A DNA stretch of 64,000 bases from an uncultured Candidatus Saccharibacteria bacterium (GCA_964412585.1 CAYPPJ010000003.1:12027-76026); one strand, 5' to 3'. Counted from the first letter of the stretch, positions 36,425 through 46,326 are shown. The notes: a model not told the origin generated them from the letters alone. Translations and numbers: made by a program.

Positions 36425-37886
36425 AACATACTACGCAATCATTCTTGCGGTTGGTATGTTTTTTTTCGGCACAGCGCACATCCATGCCGCCACCTTGCAG
36501 GTCAGTCCAAGTGCAACGACGGTATCGCCTGGAGGTATTTTGACTCTGTCGGTTTCGTTGAATTCTGAAGGCGTTGCCATCAACAATGCCGAAGCAAAAA
36601 TTATATTTCCCGCAGATATGCTGGAGGTTGTTTCAATAAACAAGAGTAGTTCATTGTTCACGTTGTGGGTGGAAGAACCATCGTATTCAAATTCGACTGG
36701 CATCATTGCCTTTAATGGTGGCATCCCCACGCCAGGATTCAACGGTCCATATGGCACAGCATTATCTATTGTGGTGAAAGCAAAAAAGGCGGGGCAGGCA
36801 GATATTCTTATCTCGGATGCTGCTGTTCGGGCCAATGATGGTCTGGGTACCAATGTGCTCACGGGCATAAAAGGTGCCACACTCCGTGTTGTGGCAAAGG
36901 CGGAACAACCTGCGGATGAAATTCAAACACCTGCCCCCTCATCTTCGGTTGCTTCTCTTGTCATAACTTCACCAACTCATCCTTCTCAGGAATCGTGGTA
37001 TAAGGATGCGAGTCCGCTCTTTAGGTGGAAAATTCCTGCTGGTGTAGATGCGGTCCAGACAAGTATAGACGCGACGACCTCAGGGTTACCACGGGTTACG
37101 TATAGTCCAGCTATTTCAGAAAAGTCCGTTACTGACTTGAAAGATGGTATTTGGTATTTCAAAGTTCGTGCCCGCAAGGATGGGCAGTGGAGTCCGGTCA
37201 GTACCTATATTGCCCGCATAGATAGTGTGGCTCCAAAAAACAATAGCGTAGCGTTCAATTACGACGATCGAGCAAAAGTGCTGCATATTAATGCTGATAT
37301 CATAGATGAAACATCAGGTGTTGATTATTACGAACTGTATCTCAACGATACTCTTGCAAAGAAGGTTCCTGCAGCAGAATTTGTAAAGGGATCTTATGAT
37401 CTCCCAATATCAACTTCTGGGGATGTTGCCGTAAAGTTAGTTGCAGTTGATCGTGCGGGTAATAATGTAGACGCTCTTGGAACATTCCATGCGACTCCGA
37501 TAATAAATGATTCACCGCAGTCGGTTCAGCCGGTCGCATCGACGGACAAACAGATGCTTGTCACTATCGGCTCGTTTGCTATGCCGGTCTTGTATTTCGT
37601 CGTTCTTCTCATCTCAATCGTACTATTGCTCGTTCTTGGTGCATTCAAGCTGGGAAATCATTACAGCTCCTTCTATCACAAAGTAAGGACGAGAGCTGCA
37701 TTGGGTAAAGCGGATAATATAAAAGTACTCATTTCTCTGAAGAAACGCCTTGAAAGGCATCTAGAATTGTTGCAGCGCACTCGACATGAACGCGTGCTTT
37801 CAAAGGAAGAAAAAGATATCAAACAAGCAATAGAGGGTGATTTGGACGAAGTCGATCAGGCTATAGAAGATCAAAAAGGGGAGTAA
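36393..37886 (+). CDS. membrane-anchored cohesin-domain protein (large type: cohesin + conserved module + TM + charged tail)
   Basis: The start is uncertain (ORF track 36366; the Met at 36393 gives MALDIKRSNYRTYYAIILAVGMFFFGTAHIHA). The cohesin-like region is NNAEAKIIFPADMLEVVSINKSSSLFTLWVEEP...ALSIVVKAKKAGQADILI...ANDGLGTNVL. The second module is SPTHPSQESWY...DGIWYFKVRARKDGQW. The TM is FAMPVLYFVVLLISIVLLLVL, followed by a K/E-rich tail. Confidence 0.65.
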   Translation: MALDIKRSNYRTYYAIILAVGMFFFGTAHIHAATLQVSPSATTVSPGGILTLSVSLNSEGVAINNAEAKIIFPADMLEVVSINKSSSLFTLWVEEPSYSNSTGIIAFNGGIPTPGFNGPYGTALSIVVKAKKAGQADILISDAAVRANDGLGTNVLTGIKGATLRVVAKAEQPADEIQTPAPSSSVASLVITSPTHPSQESWYKDASPLFRWKIPAGVDAVQTSIDATTSGLPRVTYSPAISEKSVTDLKDGIWYFKVRARKDGQWSPVSTYIARIDSVAPKNNSVAFNYDDRAKVLHINADIIDETSGVDYYELYLNDTLAKKVPAAEFVKGSYDLPISTSGDVAVKLVAVDRAGNNVDALGTFHATPIINDSPQSVQPVASTDKQMLVTIGSFAMPVLYFVVLLISIVLLLVLGAFKLGNHYSSFYHKVRTRAALGKADNIKVLISLKKRLERHLELLQRTRHERVLSKEEKDIKQAIEGDLDEVDQAIEDQKGE

Positions 37887-37896
37887 TATCTGAGTA

Positions 37897-38199
37897 TTAG
37901 CGCAGCTCCCCAGTCTTTATCAGCCAGTTTATGCCGCCAAAACAGCAGACGCGGCGCTTGCCACATGAGAGCATGTCGCACGCTTTTTTGATGCGTGTTT
38001 TACGCGTTTTTTCTTGTTTTGCAGTATTGAGCCAGAGGATCCAATCTCGACGTGCGATCGGGGTAATATCATCCCACTGTGCCTTGGCGAGCGGGGTAGC
38101 ATCGAGAGCTTTGCGAAGGTCGGCTGGCATTTTGGGGTGGAGCCATTTGGCGGGGATGCGAGATGTTGATGTAGCTTTGCGAGGTTTGGTTGCTTTCAT
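37897..38199 (-). CDS. YdeI/OmpD-associated family protein (PF13376-like)
   Basis: The sequence KATKPRKATSTSRIPAKWLHPKMPADLRKALDATPLAKAQWDDITPIARRDWILWLNTAKQEKTRKTRI matches the family's typical C-terminal region. The Met at 38199 was chosen as the start because the longer start at 38241 would overlap the ilvD terminator. Confidence 0.5.
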   Translation of the reverse strand: MKATKPRKATSTSRIPAKWLHPKMPADLRKALDATPLAKAQWDDITPIARRDWILWLNTAKQEKTRKTRIKKACDMLSCGKRRVCCFGGINWLIKTGELR

Positions 38200-38226
38200 G
38201 GGAGTATAGTAGCAAATAAAATGATA

Positions 38227-38267
38227 ACAAAAAAATAGCACCCCGCCACGGAAAACCGAGTGGGGTG
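38227..38267 (-). terminator. rho-independent terminator after ilvD
   Basis: The hairpin is cacccc-(17 nt loop)-ggggtg. On the minus strand it is followed by a T-run (the plus-strand aaaaaaa at 38229..38235). Confidence 0.5.
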
Positions 38268-38282
38268 ATTGAGAGATAGAAC

Positions 38283-40115
38283 TTACGGGACTTCTTGAAT
38301 GGCGCCCCTGCTTGCGCTAGTGACAAAATGTGCATAGCGCCTGAGTGCTGGACTTACCACGCGATTTCGTTTTGGCGCTTTCTCCCCAAACCGGCGTTCG
38401 TAGATTTCTGCTTCGGTGAGATCTACATAAATCGTTCGGGTGGGAATGTTGTACGAGACGATGTCCCCGTCGCGGATGAGACCAATGAGACCTCCAGAGG
38501 CTGCTTCGGGTGACACGTGCCCAATGCATGGCCCATTTGTTCCACCCGAAAAACGTCCGTCAGTGACCAAGAAGCACGAGAGGTCGAGCTTACGTTGTTT
38601 CAAGTAGGTGGTTGGGTACAACATTTCTTGCATCCCCGGACCACCTTTGGGCCCTTCCCAGCGAATGATGACGGCGTGTCCAGGTTTGACTGTGCCGTCA
38701 AGAATTGCCTTCATGGCTACTTCTTGTGAATCGAAGACGATTGCACGACCTTCGTGGACCAGCATGCTTGAATCAACACCCGCTGTCTTCACGATACATC
38801 CTTCCGGAGCTAGATTGCCGTAGAGCACGGCCAGACCGCCGTCTTTGGAATATGCGTGATTGATTCGACGAATACATCCGGCCTCTCGATCGCAATCGAG
38901 TGATTCATAGAGAGATGAATGACTGCCCATTATTCCGCTTCGTACGCCAGCAGGTGCCCCAAAGTAGATCCTCCGGGGGTCAGACTCGTGTGACAAGTTC
39001 TTGCGCTCGAGTAATACGTCGTACGCCTGGATGACGTCACCGATATTTCGGAGTGTACGTCCTGACCATGCGTACGTTTCAACATGGTTGACTTCCGTTT
39101 TAATGCGCCCCGCGCCTTTGAGTTCGGCCAAGATTCCCATAATGCCACCGGCCCGGTTGACGTCCTCGATATGGTACGACGAGCTTGGGGCAACTTTGCA
39201 GAGCACGGGAACACGACGAGAAATCTCGTCGATGTCCATCATGGTGAAGAAGACTCCGGCTTCATGGGCAATCGCTAAGATGTGCAAGACCGTGTTTGTC
39301 GAGCCACCCATGGCGACATCGAGTGTCATTGCGTTTTCGAAGGCTTCACGGGTTGCGATTGAACGTGGCAAGACATCCGTGTTGCCGTCGCTGTAATATT
39401 CATTGGCCATGCGGACCAGCACAGCCGCTGCTTTTTTGAATAGGCCGACTCGGTCTGTATGCGTAGCTAAGATTGTTCCGTTGCCAGGAAGCGCCATACC
39501 GAGGGCTTCATTGAGGCAGTTCATACTGTTGGCAGTGAACATGCCGGAACAGGAGCCGCATGTCGGACAAGCAGATTCCTCAACGGCCTGCAATTGCTCG
39601 CTAGTGAGTTCAGAATTTGCTCCTGCGGCGATAGCGGTCACTAAGTCGGTGCGACCAGTGCCCGCCTCCATTGCACCACCGGAAACGAAGATGGTGGGAA
39701 TGTTGAGTCGCATGGCTGCCATGAGCATGCCCGGTGTGATCTTGTCGCAATTGCTGATGCAAAACAGGGCGTCAACGCAATGCGCGTTGGCCATGTACTC
39801 GACTGAATCTGCGATGAGTTCGCGAGAGGGCAAGGAATAGAGCATCCCGCCGTGACCCATAGCGATGCCATCATCGATGGCGATCGTGTCGAATTCAGCG
39901 GCGAAGCATCCCAGCTTCTCGATCTCAGCTTTCACCAGTTGTCCGATGGGGTGCAGGTGCACGTGCCCAGGGACGAACTGTGTGAATGAATTAACGATGC
40001 CGATGATGGGCTTTCCGAGCTGACTTGGTTTCATCCCGTTGGCTTTCCACAGGGAACGGGCACCGGCCATGAGTGAGCCGATGGTGACTGTATTGCTACG
40101 GAGGGGTATTTTCAT
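38283..40115 (-). CDS. ilvD: dihydroxy-acid dehydratase
   Basis: The product is 610 aa with IlvD/EDD family motifs ([32 protein letters not shown], the Cys ligands CPTCGSC, and [17 protein letters not shown]). Confidence 0.9.
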   Translation of the reverse strand: MKIPLRSNTVTIGSLMAGARSLWKANGMKPSQLGKPIIGIVNSFTQFVPGHVHLHPIGQLVKAEIEKLGCFAAEFDTIAIDDGIAMGHGGMLYSLPSRELIADSVEYMANAHCVDALFCISNCDKITPGMLMAAMRLNIPTIFVSGGAMEAGTGRTDLVTAIAAGANSELTSEQLQAVEESACPTCGSCSGMFTANSMNCLNEALGMALPGNGTILATHTDRVGLFKKAAAVLVRMANEYYSDGNTDVLPRSIATREAFENAMTLDVAMGGSTNTVLHILAIAHEAGVFFTMMDIDEISRRVPVLCKVAPSSSYHIEDVNRAGGIMGILAELKGAGRIKTEVNHVETYAWSGRTLRNIGDVIQAYDVLLERKNLSHESDPRRIYFGAPAGVRSGIMGSHSSLYESLDCDREAGCIRRINHAYSKDGGLAVLYGNLAPEGCIVKTAGVDSSMLVHEGRAIVFDSQEVAMKAILDGTVKPGHAVIIRWEGPKGGPGMQEMLYPTTYLKQRKLDLSCFLVTDGRFSGGTNGPCIGHVSPEAASGGLIGLIRDGDIVSYNIPTRTIYVDLTEAEIYERRFGEKAPKRNRVVSPALRRYAHFVTSASRGAIQEVP

Positions 40116-40294
40116 TATGTCTAGGGGCTGTTTGTTTTCGTTGTTTTGACGCCCGAAAGCGTCTCTCAGAATCCAAGGTCACATTACAATAATATATGTA
40201 CTGTGGCAAACTGACCTGATGCGCTATTTTTGTATTCAATTCATTTGCTATACTGTTCCTAGCAGCACCTCCTTTACCATAATTTCTTAATTCT

Positions 40295-40717
40295 ATGTTT
40301 ACCATCAATATTTTAGCCGTCATTGTGGCGGCGCTCGCAGCTTTTATTCTCGGTTTTTTGTTCCATGGTCCGGTCACTGGCAAACTGTGGATGAAACTTG
40401 CCGATATTCATCCAACAGGCAATGAGAAGCTTGGGGACATGATCCCACAAATGATATGGAATCTCATATCGAACGTGGTCATGACTCTCGGTGTTGCGGT
40501 TATCTACGCATTCGCAGTTACATCGCCATCATTGAGCGATTGCGGTCTGTGGGGAGCCGTCCTTATTTCTTTGATTGTCTGGCTTGGCTTTCTCGTCACC
40601 TCTTCATCTATTGAAGTTATCTGGATGGGCAGAAAGGCAAAACTCTGGCTTTTTGAGAGCGCCTGCTCACTGGTCGTGATGTTTGTCGTGGGAGTGATTA
40701 TTGGCGCGTGGAGGTAG
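40295..40717 (+). CDS. DUF1761-like small integral membrane protein
   Basis: The protein is 140 aa with 4 TM helices and an N-terminal MFTINILAVIVAALAAFILGFLFHGPV pattern. Confidence 0.45.
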   Translation: MFTINILAVIVAALAAFILGFLFHGPVTGKLWMKLADIHPTGNEKLGDMIPQMIWNLISNVVMTLGVAVIYAFAVTSPSLSDCGLWGAVLISLIVWLGFLVTSSSIEVIWMGRKAKLWLFESACSLVVMFVVGVIIGAWR

Positions 40718-41324
40718 TTTGGTAACTCATATATCAGTGACTACAAGAATACGGATTTTCATTGTACTTGGTGTTTTCATTCTCGTAACATTTATTGCGG
40801 GGTATGTTTCCATGCAATACGATTCTGAAGTCGCTCAGGGAAATCTCTATACGGATGCCTCGGGGAGCTTTTCTATCAACTTGCCTGCAGGGTATGTCGT
40901 CGACGAATCCTATCAGTATCAAAAAGATCCACAGACGGTATTTGAGGGCGTCAAATTTACCATACCGAAAGATCGTGCCGATGGTACAAATTTGGCTCAT
41001 GATACCTATGTGAGCGTCGAAATGGCGCCAGCAGTGGATACATGTACCGCGGGTGTGTTTCTTGATGGCGTCCATAGCGTCTCAGTTCAACAGATACGTG
41101 GCATGACCGTTACGGTGGCAACATCATCTGGTGCGGGAGCAGGGAACAGATACGACGAAACAGTTTATGCGTTTCCGCGGTCTCATCTATGTATTGCAGT
41201 ACGTTATTTCGTGCACTACGGAGCGATTCAGAATTATGAACCAGGTGCAGTCAGTGAGTTTAATGAACAGGTACTGCTCAATGAGTTTGACCGGATACGT
41301 GATAGTTTGAGGTTACACGAGTAG
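40701..41324 (+). CDS. hypothetical membrane-anchored/secreted protein
   Basis: An N-terminal TM/signal (IRIFIVLGVFILVTFIAGYV) is followed by a soluble domain with no recognisable motif. Confidence 0.4.
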   Translation: MARGGSLVTHISVTTRIRIFIVLGVFILVTFIAGYVSMQYDSEVAQGNLYTDASGSFSINLPAGYVVDESYQYQKDPQTVFEGVKFTIPKDRADGTNLAHDTYVSVEMAPAVDTCTAGVFLDGVHSVSVQQIRGMTVTVATSSGAGAGNRYDETVYAFPRSHLCIAVRYFVHYGAIQNYEPGAVSEFNEQVLLNEFDRIRDSLRLHE

Positions 41325-41327
41325 GTC

Positions 41328-42611
41328 CTACTCCTTTGGTAGTACCACCGTCACGGTTGTACCTTTATTGAGCTCCGAAGTGAGGTTTATTGTGCCTCCG
41401 TGGAGGTTCACTATCTTTCGAGCTGTATAAAGACCAATACCACTCTGATCAGGTTCTATTTGTAGGGCGTTTTTACCGCGATACATACGTTCAAATATAT
41501 ATTTCATATCAACTAGTGATATGCCGATGCCTGTATCTCGAATAGTTAGTCTAATCCCGGATCCTTCATCGGTCAGCGTAATTTCGACACGAGCTTGCGG
41601 TGAGTATTTTAGAGAGTTATCAATCAGATTGTTCATAGCTGCCCGGAGTAGTTTTTTGTCAGCCACAATCTCCATATGCTGAGGAACGCGTACCACCAGG
41701 GTGACTTCCTTGCGTTGGGCGAGAAATTCCAGGTCACTGATAATATCTCGCACCAACAGGGCAAAATCAAAAGGTGCTTTTTTGATAGCCAGAGCTTTCT
41801 CGGTACTTTCGGTTGCCTTGAGCATATCGCCCACAATACGGATAGCGTCGTTGACTCGTTCGATACTCGTTTTCAGGATGGAGCCCGCATCAGGTGCAGA
41901 TAAATTGTCACCGATGGACTCAAGAGCCCACTTGATGCCGGTGAGTGGTGTACGAAGCTGGTGCTCGGCGATACTGAGGAAGTCATTTTTGAGTGCGTCT
42001 ACTTGCGCGAGTTCAGTGAGCCGCTTGCTTGCTTCCTCCTTTTCAGATTTTTGGCGCAACGATTCAATGACGATATGATGCATGAAATATGCGATCATAC
42101 CAACAAGCGCTGTTTGGATCACATGGTGGGTGATGAGGCTACTGGTGATCTCTGCCTCAGGGTACGTAAAAATAAGTGCACCCAGTGCGATGGTGATGAA
42201 AATACCGACATCGCGTGTTGTGGTGCGATCCAAATAGACCGCAGACGTGAGTAGGGGGAATACAAGCAAGAAGACAAATGAGCTATCCACGCCTCCGGTT
42301 ATGAAAATGAAGTAAATGAAAAAAGCAGCATAGGCATATTGTGCTGCATTGTAGTAAACATTCTTTTTTGTATATTCGTGGAGGCTAAAAAGAGTGGCGT
42401 GTGCGATACCGATCGCGAAAAGTGATATGCAGGCCGCTCGAGGGTCAGGCATCCACATAAACCATGAGGGGATCTTGTAGATGAGGGTTGAAATAATGAT
42501 AGGCACGATGATGCCGATCATCTCGATGGCAATAAAATAAATTTTGATGTGTGAGCTGGATGACTTTGGGGCGGCGACAGGGAGTTTGGTAGAAGTTTCA
42601 GTGGTTTCCAT
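41328..42611 (-). CDS. sensor histidine kinase (polytopic membrane N-terminus, HisKA + HATPase_c)
   Basis: The start is set at the internal Met (METTETST...). There are about 6 TM helices. The H-box is SIAEHQLRTPLTGIKWALE, the N-box is LIDNSLKYS, the G-boxes are DTGIGIS and GIGLYTARKIVNLHGG. No response regulator gene is adjacent. Confidence 0.75.
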   Translation of the reverse strand: METTETSTKLPVAAPKSSSSHIKIYFIAIEMIGIIVPIIISTLIYKIPSWFMWMPDPRAACISLFAIGIAHATLFSLHEYTKKNVYYNAAQYAYAAFFIYFIFITGGVDSSFVFLLVFPLLTSAVYLDRTTTRDVGIFITIALGALIFTYPEAEITSSLITHHVIQTALVGMIAYFMHHIVIESLRQKSEKEEASKRLTELAQVDALKNDFLSIAEHQLRTPLTGIKWALESIGDNLSAPDAGSILKTSIERVNDAIRIVGDMLKATESTEKALAIKKAPFDFALLVRDIISDLEFLAQRKEVTLVVRVPQHMEIVADKKLLRAAMNNLIDNSLKYSPQARVEITLTDEGSGIRLTIRDTGIGISLVDMKYIFERMYRGKNALQIEPDQSGIGLYTARKIVNLHGGTINLTSELNKGTTVTVVLPKE

Positions 42612-42697
42612 GCAGATATTGTAACATGGAGCCATGTATAGAAAAAATAAAACCCTGCTCCGTGGGGACGGAACAGGGTGGGGAAGCAATCACGAGC

Positions 42698-43657
42698 TTA
42701 CTTCCAAACAGGCTGGATCACCAGGAGCATAGGATTGACTTTGAGATAATCAGGTATCCGGCGCACGAAGACCTGTTTTACCAATTCCCGAAAGCCGCTT
42801 TCGGTGGTCGGTATTGGAACCGACATGAGTTCGGCAATCTCGAGGATTGCACCCTTCACATAGGGCCCTATATGTTTGTCGCTGAATGCCGGCTGACCGA
42901 TGGTGGCAATCTCCCGGATTCCCAAGCCAGACGGCACTGTGGCGAAGGCGTGCACGATGCACCCATAGATCATCGTCTGCAAGGCAGTTGCTAGAGACTC
43001 GATGACCATGCTGGAATCAGGTTCGCGCGCATTGAGACTCTCGACGAAGAGTGGCAGGCTCTTCTGCTTGAGGGCCAGCATACTCAGCCAGCTAGTAGCT
43101 TCCTGCCGCTTGGCTGAGGAAGCATTACTTTTGCGCATCACCATGATTGCGCGCAAGAGAGCTTCAGCGTCTTCCAGGCGACCTTCATCAAAAGCCTTGA
43201 GAAAGTCAACTTCGCGACCGTATAGTTCACGACGCTTTTCTTCAAAGGCCTTCTCGCAGTATGCGATATCAGCCTCGACGTCATAGTCGGCGTAGCTCTT
43301 CTGGTCCGGCAGTTTCCTTTTTGCCAGCGGCCCAAGGAACTCACGTTTGACCTCGGCGTTGTGTTTTTTCATAGCGTCCAGGTACCGGAGCTGGAACTTC
43401 GTCGGTTGGCTTGCGTACAGGACGTTTTGCGGTTCGAGTTCGGCGCGTACACGGTCGAAGATCTCCCGATGGATCGGTTCGAATTTTTTGAGAACGCCAG
43501 CCACGAAGTGCTCACGTTGTTCGCCTTGGAAACTCGCCATGGCGAGGTGTACCGCGTCAGGTGAAGTGGCTGCAGATTGTGCCGTCTCCCACATCTTTTG
43601 CCAGAAGGCGTCATCGAGTTTTGGTATGACATTTGCATGGACTGCATGTGTGCTCAT
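42698..43657 (-). CDS. hypothetical protein (319 aa), co-directional and immediately upstream of the histidine kinase
   Basis: A long ORF with coherent codon usage and no recognisable motif. Confidence 0.5.
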   Translation of the reverse strand: MSTHAVHANVIPKLDDAFWQKMWETAQSAATSPDAVHLAMASFQGEQREHFVAGVLKKFEPIHREIFDRVRAELEPQNVLYASQPTKFQLRYLDAMKKHNAEVKREFLGPLAKRKLPDQKSYADYDVEADIAYCEKAFEEKRRELYGREVDFLKAFDEGRLEDAEALLRAIMVMRKSNASSAKRQEATSWLSMLALKQKSLPLFVESLNAREPDSSMVIESLATALQTMIYGCIVHAFATVPSGLGIREIATIGQPAFSDKHIGPYVKGAILEIAELMSVPIPTTESGFRELVKQVFVRRIPDYLKVNPMLLVIQPVWK

Positions 43658-43797
43658 AGTTTGTATTCAGTTGGTTGGTTCAAGTTTGACTAGATATTAA
43701 AATACTATCTGGTAAATGTCAATACCTTGCCATCTAGTTTCCCTCTTGAAAGGGAAATGCTATGATATCCACGTTATCAAGTCATAATCATATACCT

Positions 43798-44052
43798 ATG
43801 GCAAAAGAAAATTCAGCGTTTATGAAGCCTCTCAATGTCAGTGAAGATCTCGCTGCTATTGTCGGCAAGGGTCCGTTGCCTCGTTCAGAAGTCGTCAAGA
43901 AGCTCTGGGTCTACATCAAGGGCAAGAACCTCCAGGATCCAAAGAATAAGCGCAACATCAATGCTGATGAAGCTCTCAAGAAGGTCTTTGGTGGCAAAGC
44001 AGTCGTCAACATGTTCGAGATGACCAAGCTCGTCTCAAAGCACCTCTCATAA
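43798..44052 (+). CDS. SWIB/MDM2-domain protein
   Basis: The start is set at the internal Met (MAKENSAFMKP...). LNVSEDLAAIVGKGPLPRSEVVKKLWVYIKGKNLQDPKNKRNINADEALKKVFG is a near-canonical SWIB domain. Confidence 0.65.
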   Translation: MAKENSAFMKPLNVSEDLAAIVGKGPLPRSEVVKKLWVYIKGKNLQDPKNKRNINADEALKKVFGGKAVVNMFEMTKLVSKHLS

Positions 44053-44071
44053 TTTTCATTACAGTGTACCC

Positions 44072-44100
44072 AAAAAAGCCGGTATCGACACGGCTTTTTT
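44072..44100 (+). terminator. rho-independent terminator after the SWIB gene
   Basis: The hairpin is aaaagccg-gtatcgaca-cggctttt, followed by tttttt. Confidence 0.6.
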
Positions 44101-44230
44101 GTTACACCACAATCCAGCAATTCTTTTGACGTACCTATAGTTTTTGTGGTAGGGTCTTTGCAGAAAGTTTGTTGTCTCGACACCGTGTCTGAGCGGACTT
44201 TCAGTAGAGAAACCTCAACCAAGATACATC

Positions 44231-45304
44231 ATGAAAAAATCGGCGAGTCGAAAAAAACAGTCAATCCTGGAAATGCCCTATAAACCGGCGCGCGTCTATA
44301 CAAACGACGATGCCAACCCGGGGGTTCTCAAAGGAAAGACGTTGGCTGTGCTCGGATTTGGCTCACAAGGCCACGCCCATGCACTCAACCTCGTGGAGTC
44401 TGGATTCAGGGTCATCATTGGCCTGTATCCTGGCAGCAAATCCATTCCCGTTGCTGAGGAAAAGGGACTCAAAGTTTTTCCTGTTGATGTCGCTGTCCGT
44501 ACGGCCGATGTCATCATGATTTCCTTGCCGGACATGGTTCAACCGGGTGTGTTCAATCAGCTCATCAAGCCGAACCTCACACCGGGGCAAACCGTCGTCT
44601 TCCTGCACGGGCTGACGGTCCATTCGCACCTCTTGCGTGTGCCAAAAGGTGTCAACGTCATTATGGTCGCGCCCAAGGGTCCCGGTCACATCGTCCGCCG
44701 TCAATATCTCGAAGGCAAAGGCGTGCCCAGCTTGATCGCGGTGGCAAAGGGTGGGGCAGTCGCAAAGCAGATTGCCCTGGCGTGGGCGTGGGGGATTGGT
44801 GCCACCCGCGCAGGCGTGATCGAGACGGACTTCAAAGAAGAAATGGAGACGGATCTGTTCGGCGAACAGACGGTGCTCTGTGGTGGAGTTTCCGCGCTCA
44901 TGCGCATGGGCTTCGAGGTGCTCGTCGAGGCGGGATATTCACCTGAGATGGCCTACTTCGAGTGCGTGCATGAAATGAAGCTCATCATTGACTTGGTCAA
45001 CGAAGCCGGCATTAGCGGCATGCGCTTCTCGATTTCCGAGACGGCCAAGTGGGGCGATGTCAGCGTCGGACCAAAGATCATTGATGGGAGCGTCAAGAAG
45101 CGCATGAAGAAAGCTCTCAAGGATATCCAGTCTGGCAAATTCGTTAAGAGGTGGGCTGCTGAATACGCGGCCGGCAAGCCCAATTACCGCCGACTTCTCA
45201 AGGCCGACGAGGGCCATCTCCTTGAACAGACTGGCACCCGCCTCCGCTCCATGATGCCCTGGATGCAGAAGCGCGACATTCAGGGTGCGCAGGCGAAGTA
45301 CTAA
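44231..45304 (+). CDS. ilvC: ketol-acid reductoisomerase
   Basis: The NADPH-binding motif is LAVLGFGSQGHAHALNL. The C-terminal knotted domain is class I. The real start may be the Met at 44273. Confidence 0.9.
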   Translation: MKKSASRKKQSILEMPYKPARVYTNDDANPGVLKGKTLAVLGFGSQGHAHALNLVESGFRVIIGLYPGSKSIPVAEEKGLKVFPVDVAVRTADVIMISLPDMVQPGVFNQLIKPNLTPGQTVVFLHGLTVHSHLLRVPKGVNVIMVAPKGPGHIVRRQYLEGKGVPSLIAVAKGGAVAKQIALAWAWGIGATRAGVIETDFKEEMETDLFGEQTVLCGGVSALMRMGFEVLVEAGYSPEMAYFECVHEMKLIIDLVNEAGISGMRFSISETAKWGDVSVGPKIIDGSVKKRMKKALKDIQSGKFVKRWAAEYAAGKPNYRRLLKADEGHLLEQTGTRLRSMMPWMQKRDIQGAQAKY

Positions 45305-45351
45305 TTCCGTGCGGCGGGCAAGATGTCCGTGTGTGCTTGTACGCCAAACGG

Positions 45352-45390
45352 CGCGTGTGGTTCCGAAAGGAATCACACGCGATTTTTTAT
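45352..45390 (+). terminator. rho-independent terminator after ilvC
   Basis: An 8-bp stem (cgcgtgtg/cacacgcg) with a 14-nt loop is followed by attttttatt. Confidence 0.65.
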
Positions 45391-45399
45391 TGCGCCATG

Positions 45400-46326
45400 T
45401 TACTCAAACACATTTATGAGATACTCATCAATCTTGCGCTGATCCATGTCGTAGAAGTTCATGTTGTTGTCGTGCAAATATGTTGCAAGCTTTACGCCGA
45501 CATAGCGCCAGTGCCATGGTTCAAAGACGTAGAATTTGTTGTTTTTCGGATAGGAAAGAATAAAGCCGTACCGATAGGCATTTTGCATGAGCCACGTGAA
45601 TGCCTTGGTGTCATCAAATCCCTCAAGTTGCCCGCCAAGTCCTGAAGTAATGAAATCAAGTGCTGTACCGAGCTGGTGCTCTGAGTACCCTTGGTCTGCA
45701 GAGAATTGATTTGCAGTACCTGCACCATACGTAATCGTATAGACACCCTTGAGTGCTTGTTGTTCATTGAAGGAACGGTAGGCTGACTGCACATATATTT
45801 TGACTTGGTCAGCATCAGCAGCTGTCAGCATATCCTTGAGGCGGGGAAGGACATCCGTATGTATTTTGAGAACTCGTGTCGCAATAAACTTGAATTGATC
45901 GGGAATCTCGGCCAGTCGTGCGGGCGCATAGTATTCGTTGAGGAAAAATACTTTTGAATATTTTTGAAGTAATTGCGGATCGGTTTTGCTGAGCTTTTGG
46001 AGTGTTTCAACTGTGTTTGAAACGGTACCGACCTGCTGTTGATATGTACCAAGCTGCTGTTTGATTGTGCCCACATTTTGCTGCTGCAAATGGAGTTGGT
46101 CATTGATATACATTTGTGATGAGGCAATCGTCTGGCGGAGACTTTCAGTTGTTGACGCAAGTGCACCTTCAAGTGTACTGACTCGCGCTGCCAATGTTGA
46201 AGTACGTGCATTTGTCCTGTACAGACCAATAACACTGTAGCAAATAACGGCCACTAAAAAGAGTAAAGGAATCCCATACCAAAGCACAAAATTATGTTTG
46301 AGAGACATGGGGGCATTATAATCCAA
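45400..46326 (-). CDS. membrane-anchored peptidase M15 (VanY-like D-Ala-D-Ala carboxypeptidase family) with coiled-coil spacer
   Basis: The N-terminal TM is followed by a Q-rich coiled coil. The C-terminal catalytic region has SAYRSFNEQ, YSEHQLGTALDF and EPWHWRYVG (the H-x6-D...H zinc ligands of VanY). Confidence 0.7.
   Translation of the reverse strand: MDYNAPMSLKHNFVLWYGIPLLFLVAVICYSVIGLYRTNARTSTLAARVSTLEGALASTTESLRQTIASSQMYINDQLHLQQQNVGTIKQQLGTYQQQVGTVSNTVETLQKLSKTDPQLLQKYSKVFFLNEYYAPARLAEIPDQFKFIATRVLKIHTDVLPRLKDMLTAADADQVKIYVQSAYRSFNEQQALKGVYTITYGAGTANQFSADQGYSEHQLGTALDFITSGLGGQLEGFDDTKAFTWLMQNAYRYGFILSYPKNNKFYVFEPWHWRYVGVKLATYLHDNNMNFYDMDQRKIDEYLINVFE

Noticed and set aside
38295-39874. 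Small ORFs on both strands inside ilvD (38295..38513, 39001..39396, 39403..39840 and others)
   Set aside because: They are contained within an unambiguous dihydroxy-acid dehydratase gene.
44126-44155. Possible sigma70 promoter upstream of ilvC (TTGACG, 18-nt spacer, TAGGGT)
   Set aside because: The -10 hexamer is poor and there is no supporting evidence, so it is not reported as a feature.
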